Below, piece after piece: positions 26,904 to 33,512 of a stretch of 36,144 nucleotides of DNA (positions are counted from its first letter, which is position 1; every line of letters begins with the position of its first letter). The position numbers and the translations under genes are program-made. The DNA is from a virus (lineage: Duplodnaviria > Heunggongvirae > Uroviricota > Caudoviricetes), in IMG/VR virus record IMGVR_UViG_3300019935_000001, positions 1 through 36,144 of that record; one strand, written 5' to 3'. A model generated the notes under the pieces. That model ran no database searches, was not told the origin of the DNA, and saw only the letters and a program-made list of their open reading frames with translations.

Positions 26904-27355
26904 TGAACCCACTATTGATCTCGCTCGGCAGTACCCTGATCGACCGCATCTTGCCAGATGAAGCAGCGAAGGCCACCGCAAAGGCTGAGCTGATGCGGGC
27001 CGAGCAGGATGGTGACCTTCGTGAACTGGAGACGCGACTGCAGGTGATGCTGGCAGAAGCAAAGTCTGCAGATCCGTGGACATCCCGAGCCCGACCAACC
27101 TTTATGTACGTGTTCTACCTGATCCTGCTGGCGAACTGTTTCGTCATCCCAATTCTGGGACTGATGGTGGAGCCAGAGATATTGGTCGCCTACTACGCGA
27201 ACCTGGCCACTGGGCTTCAGGCCCTGCCGACCGAGCTATGGGTACTGTTCGGCACAGCCTTCACCGGCTATACCGTGTCCCGGTCGTATGATAAGAAGCA
27301 GGTGCTGCAGGGAGGGGCATCGACTGTTGAAAAGGTATTAGGGCGACTCCGGTAA
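26903..27355 (+). CDS. 3-TM holin family protein (GTA_holin_3TM-like)
   Basis: LID.ILPD...K..AK, D.WTSRARP.F.Y, LP..LW.LFG....GY...RS.DK signature. Confidence 0.85.
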   Translation: MNPLLISLGSTLIDRILPDEAAKATAKAELMRAEQDGDLRELETRLQVMLAEAKSADPWTSRARPTFMYVFYLILLANCFVIPILGLMVEPEILVAYYANLATGLQALPTELWVLFGTAFTGYTVSRSYDKKQVLQGGASTVEKVLGRLR

Positions 27356-27364
27356 TCGATGATT

Positions 27365-27389
27365 AAGGGTGCTAAGGCACCCTTTTTTT
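27365..27389 (+). terminator. Rho-independent terminator after lysis cassette
   Basis: AAGGGTGC-TAAG-GCACCCTT followed by a T run. Confidence 0.88.
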
Positions 27390-27403
27390 ATGCTGTGTTA
27401 TTT

Positions 27404-27459
27404 ATAGACTAAATTTATGATAAATCTATATTGAGTTTATCCATAAACATGACTAGGCT
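27404..27459 (+). promoter_or_regulatory. Candidate sigma70 promoters for the moron gene
   Basis: TAGACT-16-TATATT (27405-27432) and TTGAGT-17-TAGGCT (27431-27459) in an AT-rich tract. Confidence 0.5.
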
Positions 27460-27495
27460 GTATGCAACTTCAAAGATGCTATTAAGGAAGGCGGA

Positions 27496-28005
27496 ATGAG
27501 CGACACTACAGATACGGTTATGGTCTACACCAGCAAAATGAAGCCAGTGATATTCTCAGAAGGCGGGAGCGGAGATTGGGCTGCAAATCGACAACGACTT
27601 TCGGCGTGCCAGTATGTTGTAGCTACAAAGAGCGATGCGCTGGCAGAACACTTCGGTGTGGATTACAGCCTAGAGCCTGGTGAGGGATTTCTGATTGGCA
27701 GAGTATCCGGAGTAGACGAAGTGCCGGAGTCAGGGAGATACGTCATCCGGTTTGAAGAGTACGCAGAGATCAACCTCAAGGACGCATGGCCGGGCAACCG
27801 GAACCCTGTGGCCTATGTGAAAATGTCCAACCTTGAGCGAGATCACCAGTTTGCCATTGAAGACCTTGAGTGGCAGTCATTTCCAACAGATCTGATTCAG
27901 GAAGTTGACAACACTCCGGCTCTGACTGTTGACCAGGCCAAGCGTGGCCTGGCAAAGAAGTTGGGAATAGACCCGGACTGCATCGAAATTCGGATTAACG
28001 CATAG
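27496..28005 (+). CDS. Moron-like hypothetical protein
   Basis: AAGGAAGG SD; own AT-rich promoter region and terminator; C-terminal LTVDQAKRGLAKKLGIDPDCIEIRI motif. No function recognised. Confidence 0.75.
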   Translation: MSDTTDTVMVYTSKMKPVIFSEGGSGDWAANRQRLSACQYVVATKSDALAEHFGVDYSLEPGEGFLIGRVSGVDEVPESGRYVIRFEEYAEINLKDAWPGNRNPVAYVKMSNLERDHQFAIEDLEWQSFPTDLIQEVDNTPALTVDQAKRGLAKKLGIDPDCIEIRINA

Positions 28006-28024
28006 GTTGGCCGCATATATTCCG

Positions 28025-28043
28025 AGGGTGCTAAGGCACCCTT
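28025..28043 (+). terminator. Second copy of the AGGGTGCTAAGGCACCCTT terminator, after the moron gene
   Basis: 19-bp exact repeat of 27366-27384, followed by CTTTC. Confidence 0.75.
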
Positions 28044-28234
28044 CTTTCATGCCTGTCATCCGGCGTCAGAGTAGGATCGAATGCGGCAGTTTCCAAGAAG
28101 ATCTCTATATAATAACAATCACATTAATAATAACTTATATAAAGAAAGAGAATCGGCGAAAAACTGCCGCGCTCACTTCCTACTGGCAAAGTCTCCGGGT
28201 TAGTTTCAATTCCGGATAGTTCTGTTACTATAAG

Positions 28235-28252
28235 TAAGTCAGTTACAACTTA
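28235..28252. promoter_or_regulatory. Degenerate operator-like site TAAGTCAG-TT-ACAACTTA
   Basis: Perfect left arm, 3 mismatches in right arm; preceded by TACTAT (28226-28231); upstream of the replication operon. Confidence 0.55.
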
Positions 28253-28268
28253 CATACAGGACAGAGCA

Positions 28269-29057
28269 GTGAAAGAGATTTTCTTCGACTCACTCGAATA
28301 CGACATTGTGGCGATCTCCAGTATCGACCCAAAGTTGCTCGTGTGTGAGCCTGACCTGTATCAGACGAAGTGGTGGGACTACCGACTTCTGCACCCGGCT
28401 CAGGCGACATATCTATTTGCTGACGCATATACAGAAGCCGCCCGCGCATACGCCCAGCGCAACATCGATTTGGAATACGGAAAAGTCTTCAAGCCCTACC
28501 CGGGCCGCGATCTCTTCAGTAAGCCACAGCTGATGCTGCGTAAAGACGGCACCCCGCGCAAAGAGAAGGGAAAGGACAAGTACACAAAAGCTCCAGCGAA
28601 AACGACCATCGCTGGAATGTGGAAGGCTCGACAGATGTCAGATCGCCACGGTATCCCCTACCGCTTCTACTGTGACGCAGCAATAGAGTACACCGAAAAG
28701 GGTATCTGGCACCGACTGCCCGGCCCTCAGCAGCTCTACTCCACTAAAGTCAGCGAAGCTCAGGCGGACTGGCGAGAGGAGTCAATGGTGGACTTTATCG
28801 TTCGTCGCTGGAAAGAGTATTGCCAGAGAACCATCGTCTTCTCAGACAACCCGTACTTCCATGCTGACCGCAACACTAATGCTATCGACCAGGTACGGCA
28901 CCGGGCGAATCTGATGGGCCAGATCAAAGCCAGGCCTGATCCGAAGCTCGGACTGTCTCATGCCCTGTACGAAAAGCAGGTGCTGATAGAGGCAGAGTGC
29001 ATACGGTTCTTTGGTGAAAACATGGTTGAGAAGGCAAAGCGCTTTTCCAGTTACTAA
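28269..29057 (+). CDS. Conserved hypothetical protein heading the replication operon
   Basis: GTG start; TKWWDYR.LHP.QATYLFA and W.ARQ..D..GIPY.FY motifs, recalled from SSU5-like elements upstream of DnaB. Confidence 0.7.
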   Translation: MKEIFFDSLEYDIVAISSIDPKLLVCEPDLYQTKWWDYRLLHPAQATYLFADAYTEAARAYAQRNIDLEYGKVFKPYPGRDLFSKPQLMLRKDGTPRKEKGKDKYTKAPAKTTIAGMWKARQMSDRHGIPYRFYCDAAIEYTEKGIWHRLPGPQQLYSTKVSEAQADWREESMVDFIVRRWKEYCQRTIVFSDNPYFHADRNTNAIDQVRHRANLMGQIKARPDPKLGLSHALYEKQVLIEAECIRFFGENMVEKAKRFSSY

Positions 29058-29072
29058 GTAATAGCTGACTTA
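29055..29072. promoter_or_regulatory. Palindromic operator-like site TAAGTAAT-AG-CTGACTTA
   Basis: 1 mismatch; starts on the upstream stop codon; TATAAT at 29075-29080; upstream of the Hfq-like and helicase genes. Confidence 0.78.
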
Positions 29073-29116
29073 TATATAATCATTCTACACACATTGAGAC
29101 ACACCGGAGACAGATC

Positions 29117-29416
29117 ATGACCTACGAAAACCGCCCTGCTGATAAGCCAGCTCACTCCCCGCGCCGCAAAACGTTCATCAATAAGAACCGCCCCAGCGGT
29201 CAGCGCCCCAAAGCGACCTTTTCGCACGACAGTGCGCTGAACGATTTGGTCGGTCAGAAGGTTCTGATTGTAACTATGTCCGACGCAGACATTACCGGAA
29301 CCCTGAAGGGCTACGACGCCTTTACTCTGACTGTGACAGGCGGTGATGGCAGCGACCACACGTACTTTAAGCACGCCCTGGAATCCTTCGGCAAAGCCCC
29401 GGCTGAGAAGCACTGA
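29117..29416 (+). CDS. Hfq-like Sm-fold RNA-binding protein
   Basis: GGAG SD; Sm1-like ITGTLKGYDAFTL and Sm2 YFKHAL (Hfq consensus [Y/F]KHAI); basic disordered N-terminal extension. Confidence 0.8.
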   Translation: MTYENRPADKPAHSPRRKTFINKNRPSGQRPKATFSHDSALNDLVGQKVLIVTMSDADITGTLKGYDAFTLTVTGGDGSDHTYFKHALESFGKAPAEKH

Positions 29417-29424
29417 GGCGCATC

Positions 29425-30879
29425 ATGAGTACAGCAGTAGCTACAGAGACAACCCAGCAAATTGAGCAAAACATGGTTGCAGCTCTGGGCGATGCGATGT
29501 CAGGAGGTGGCGCTGCCGCCTCCGCTGACTCAGCTTCGCTCCAGCTAAACGAGTGGGATCAGGAAGGGGCTGCGTTCGACTTCGACGAAGACTTCCAGGA
29601 CAAGATCGCCGCGCTGACAGTTTGCGACCCGAACTTTATACGCCGTACCCGCGAGTGCGTGGAGCCCGGCCACTTTGAGAATGTCGGCAACGCCCTGCTC
29701 GTGAACCTGGCGCAGTCGTACTTTGATCGGTACAGCCGCCTGCCCGGCTCCAAAGCTGTTTGGGGTCAGGTAATACGTGAGGCAATTGTCAGTAAGCAGA
29801 TCCGTGCAAACTTCAAAGACGAGGTTGTGTCTGCGCTGAAGCGTCACGTTGGTTCTGACGTATCCGAGCCAGAATACTTTATCGATCAAATCAGCGCGTT
29901 CAGCCGTCACCAGGACATCATGGCCGGCTTAAACGAGTGTGTCGATCTGGCATCCCGCGGCGAGTTCGCTGCCATTGAACGCCGAATGCAAAAGGCATTT
30001 CTGAAAGGTGCGAAAGGTGAGTACCGGGAGTCCGATTACTGGGATGATCGTGATAAGCGTACCCAGACTCGTAAGGACAAGGCATCAGGTCTGATCAAGC
30101 CGTCCGGCATCCCGCTGGGTATTCCGAAACTTGACAACCTTTTGTATCACAAAGGTATCGGTCGCCGGGAAATGACGGTGCTCATGGCGGGTGCGAAGAA
30201 GGGTAAATCGATGGGCCTGGGCGACTGTGCCCTGCGCATCAACCGTCAGGGCTATAGCGTCCTGTACGTGACCCTCGAAGTATCGGTAGAGATCATCACG
30301 GACCGAATGGACGCGAACATTTCGCGTACTGACATGGACGATCTCGATCACCGCATCAACGATGTAGATAAGAAGATCGAGAGCGAGGCCAAAAAGAAGC
30401 GCGGCCATTTGAAGGTCGTCGAGTTCCCATCCGGATCTCTGACCCCGAACGCCCTGCAGTCCCTGATTGAGCGGTACAAAGCAGATGGCATCACGTTCGA
30501 TGCTCTGGTTGTTGACTACGCCGACATCATGGCTCCGGACATCTATACCAACAGCGAGACTGAGAACTCCAAGCAGGTATGGCTGGGTCTGCGAGCTATT
30601 GCCTCACGCGAGGATGTGGCTCTGCTGACCGCTACTCAGACCAACCGTGAAGGCTTTAAGTCTGATACGGCAAAGGCTGAGCACGCTGCAGAGGACTTTA
30701 ACAAGATCCGTATTGCCGACCTTGTTATCTCTATCAACCGAACCGATGAAGAGCGCGCTCGTGGTGAAGCCCGTCTGTTCTTCGCTGCCTCCCGCAACCA
30801 GTCCGGGGAGTTCACGATCCACGTTAAGCAGGACCTGGCGAAGATGTCGTTCATCGAATCGATCATAAAGATAGCCTGA
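29425..30879 (+). CDS. DnaB-like replicative helicase
   Basis: Walker A AGAKKGKS, VTLEVS, Walker B VVDYAD, ATQTNRE, AEDFNK...ADLVI, arginine-finger SRNQ. Confidence 0.93.
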   Translation: MSTAVATETTQQIEQNMVAALGDAMSGGGAAASADSASLQLNEWDQEGAAFDFDEDFQDKIAALTVCDPNFIRRTRECVEPGHFENVGNALLVNLAQSYFDRYSRLPGSKAVWGQVIREAIVSKQIRANFKDEVVSALKRHVGSDVSEPEYFIDQISAFSRHQDIMAGLNECVDLASRGEFAAIERRMQKAFLKGAKGEYRESDYWDDRDKRTQTRKDKASGLIKPSGIPLGIPKLDNLLYHKGIGRREMTVLMAGAKKGKSMGLGDCALRINRQGYSVLYVTLEVSVEIITDRMDANISRTDMDDLDHRINDVDKKIESEAKKKRGHLKVVEFPSGSLTPNALQSLIERYKADGITFDALVVDYADIMAPDIYTNSETENSKQVWLGLRAIASREDVALLTATQTNREGFKSDTAKAEHAAEDFNKIRIADLVISINRTDEERARGEARLFFAASRNQSGEFTIHVKQDLAKMSFIESIIKIA

Positions 30880-31265
30880 TGAAGTCCAGATTTATCTGGT
30901 TACTGGCCCTGGTCATCTTGGCCGGGTGCGACCAGTTCAACAGTGAGCGCTCTGGTCAGGAATCAGAGCGCAATTACCACATCTGCTCAGACGACCCTAA
31001 CGAGATCGAGATCTGCGATGAAGATGGCAACGAGATCATCGACATCGATTTCGACCCGCCAACAAGGCCCGTGCGCAAATCGATGTCGAAACAGATCACG
31101 CGGGCCAAGCCGGTTAGCACTGTAAGGTCGCGAGTAGTAAAGCCATCGAGCAAAGTCAGGAAGCAGAAGAAAGATGCGATTGGACAGAGAGAGAGAAAGA
31201 AACGAGTTGGACGAGCTGTTCGACTTCATCGAAATGGAAGACTACCTCAGCGTAGAGGGCATTGA
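30879..31265 (+). CDS. Small lipoprotein
   Basis: MKSR + hydrophobic stretch + LAG-C17 lipobox, Asp at +2; TGATG-coupled to the helicase. The C-terminal end is uncertain because it overlaps primase. Confidence 0.7.
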   Translation: MKSRFIWLLALVILAGCDQFNSERSGQESERNYHICSDDPNEIEICDEDGNEIIDIDFDPPTRPVRKSMSKQITRAKPVSTVRSRVVKPSSKVRKQKKDAIGQRERKKRVGRAVRLHRNGRLPQRRGH

Positions 31266-32295
31266 TTACAAAGTGACACCAGGTACGTCCGGTGTTCAGC
31301 TTAACCTGCGAGAGTGCCCGCGCTGTGGCGGTACGTCCTGGAAAGTCTACTTAAACATGGACACAGGCTTTGGCAATTGCTTCCACGGTGCCTGTGTAGA
31401 CGAGCCAGGGTTCAGCAAGTTCACCTTCATCAAGAACCACCTTGGTGTAACCAACGGCGAAACCATTCGCCACATCAAGCAGTACGTGGCCACCGTTGGC
31501 TGGAAGCCGAAGCGCTCCATCACGGTTGAGACTCAGAACACCCGAGAGATTAAGCTGCCAGCTCACTACCCGATCCCTATCCACGACGAGCACAACCTGA
31601 AGTACCTGTCTCAGCGACACATTCCTACCGAAGTATCCAAATACTTCGGGTGGCTCTACTGCCTGAGCGGCGGATTCGAGTACATCGCACCTGACGGCGA
31701 AACCCGAACTCAGGATTACAGCAAGCGGGTGCTAGTTCCGGTATACGACCTCGAAGGAAATCTGGTTACTTTCCAGGGTCGAGACATCACCGATGAGGCT
31801 AAACGCAAGTACCTGTTTCCACCTGGCCTCGCAGGCACTGGCCGCTATCTCTACAACGGACATAATTGTGTTGGCATGAAGAAGGTCGTTATCAACGAGG
31901 GTGCGTTTGATGTTGCAGCAACAAAGATGGCACTCGATACCGAAGTAGACCTGCGAGATGTAGGCGTGATCGGTACGTTCGGAAAGCACATTTCGGATGG
32001 CGAAGGCCAAAGTCAAACCAGTGCTCTTCTGGCGCTGAAAGCGGCCGGTCTGAAAGAGATCACCATGATGTGGGATAGCGAACCGAAAACCCTGGATGAC
32101 GCCTGCAAAGCAGCCAAGCATTTGAAGTCACTCGGGTTCAAAACCTTCCTTGCGATTTTGCCCCCCGGTCGTGACCCGAACGAGTGTGAGGCTCATGAGG
32201 TAGTGAGCGCGTTCAGGTCTGCAATGCTGTGCACATCGACCAATCTGACGAAGTTGCGCATCGGAATACTGCGTGGTTCTCCCGCAACCATCTGA
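31174..32295 (+). CDS. DNA primase (Zn-finger + TOPRIM)
   Basis: CPRCGG...NCFHGAC zinc finger, FQGRDI, KYL, TOPRIM INEGAFD / MWDSE / GRDPNE. Exact start uncertain. Confidence 0.9.
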   Translation: MRLDRERERNELDELFDFIEMEDYLSVEGIDYKVTPGTSGVQLNLRECPRCGGTSWKVYLNMDTGFGNCFHGACVDEPGFSKFTFIKNHLGVTNGETIRHIKQYVATVGWKPKRSITVETQNTREIKLPAHYPIPIHDEHNLKYLSQRHIPTEVSKYFGWLYCLSGGFEYIAPDGETRTQDYSKRVLVPVYDLEGNLVTFQGRDITDEAKRKYLFPPGLAGTGRYLYNGHNCVGMKKVVINEGAFDVAATKMALDTEVDLRDVGVIGTFGKHISDGEGQSQTSALLALKAAGLKEITMMWDSEPKTLDDACKAAKHLKSLGFKTFLAILPPGRDPNECEAHEVVSAFRSAMLCTSTNLTKLRIGILRGSPATI

Positions 32296-32363
32296 TACTT
32301 ACCTGACGCAGATCAATAAAATTATCGCAGTTGATCAAAGCACAGACAGCAGAGAGACAGAAT

Positions 32364-32855
32364 ATGAAAGCTCAGAAAGTGCGCTTCGTGGTTGAGTGCG
32401 TCACGCTAACTTTGAAATCTACTGGCAAATTCGCTCGATTCACCGGGATCGAGGCAATGACTGATATACCGAGACACAAAGACAAGAGCCAGCTGTTTTG
32501 CTTATCGGTTACAGAAGGTGTGCATGGCGAAACAGACCACATTGACTGCACCACCAACGCTCATGGGGCAAACACATGGAAGCATTTCGCCCGCATGGAG
32601 AAGTCATATGTTCAGTCAGGCTATGAGATAGATAGTCGGACCATCTCTCAAAACGCGCACTCCGTAGATGACCTGGTTGATACGCTTCGCACGAGACACG
32701 ATTTCTATACGCTCGCCAGCAGCGACGAAGAGACTGTTGCGCAGATCCGGAAGGCAATGTCTCACCTCGATACAGAGGCAGAAGAGCCCGCTATCCAGCT
32801 CCCCGACATGGCAGATCGATACGGTCACATGGCAGACGGGGGTGCATTCGCATGA
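32364..32855 (+). CDS. Hypothetical protein
   Basis: Open frame in operon orientation, ATGA-coupled to the next gene; ATG 32364 preferred over TTG 32331. Confidence 0.6.
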   Translation: MKAQKVRFVVECVTLTLKSTGKFARFTGIEAMTDIPRHKDKSQLFCLSVTEGVHGETDHIDCTTNAHGANTWKHFARMEKSYVQSGYEIDSRTISQNAHSVDDLVDTLRTRHDFYTLASSDEETVAQIRKAMSHLDTEAEEPAIQLPDMADRYGHMADGGAFA

Positions 32856-33493
32856 GTACCCAGATCCCCGCCGTTAACCTGGACATCTACGAAGAACCAA
32901 AAGAGAAGCCACCGTACCCGCTTGAAGCGAGTTCCTGGGGCACTAATTCATTTTGGCACCGCTGCGATCATACCGAGCAGAGCAGGAACTTCTCACTGTG
33001 CGTCATGGTTATGAGCATGGTTCAGGACGGCAAGAAGTGCAGACCGGGGTATGAAGATTGCTGGAAAGCAGTGGAGCAAGGTAGTTGCCCCGCTATTGCG
33101 ATGCGCCAGGAAGAAGTTGCTGCTGGGCAATCCCTGTACTACCTGCCCCGACTCAAGGTTAAAGCAGTAGAGCCATTAACGAAACGGTCACGGCCCGCAA
33201 CCTTCAGCTCAATGATGAAGCAGACCTCTGAGCCTGCACCCGACCCGAAGCCCGCTGTTAAGAAGCCGCAAGGCATTGTCAGTCTGGACATGAGCGAAGT
33301 GGTGAACGACCTGATGAAAGAGGAGGTAGCGGCAAAGTCCAAACCTGCTCGGTCTGAGGCAGCGAAGCCAGCTCGACCACCCAAAGAGAAGAAGGCAGAA
33401 GACAAGCCTGTCACCCAGCAACCAATCAAGCGACTGCCCGGTGAGACTCCACTGCAGTTCGTCAGACGCAAGAAAGCGGCTCTAGCCGCCTGA
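32852..33493 (+). CDS. Hypothetical protein with Cys-rich N-domain and Lys/Pro-rich tail
   Basis: HRC...LC...C...C...CPA cluster; low-complexity basic C-terminal half. Confidence 0.65.
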   Translation: MSTQIPAVNLDIYEEPKEKPPYPLEASSWGTNSFWHRCDHTEQSRNFSLCVMVMSMVQDGKKCRPGYEDCWKAVEQGSCPAIAMRQEEVAAGQSLYYLPRLKVKAVEPLTKRSRPATFSSMMKQTSEPAPDPKPAVKKPQGIVSLDMSEVVNDLMKEEVAAKSKPARSEAAKPARPPKEKKAEDKPVTQQPIKRLPGETPLQFVRRKKAALAA

Positions 33494-33512
33494 ACACACA
33501 CTGGAGACAACA

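Noticed and set aside
28007-28219. 70-aa ORF after the moron
   Set aside because: No SD, runs through a terminator hairpin and an AT-rich tract; low-complexity translation suggests non-coding DNA.
91-29072. Repeated palindrome as a CRISPR array, REP/IS ends or recombination sites
   Set aside because: Copies are kilobases apart with no spacers, cas or transposase genes; the 2-bp centre is too short for a tyrosine-recombinase crossover region.
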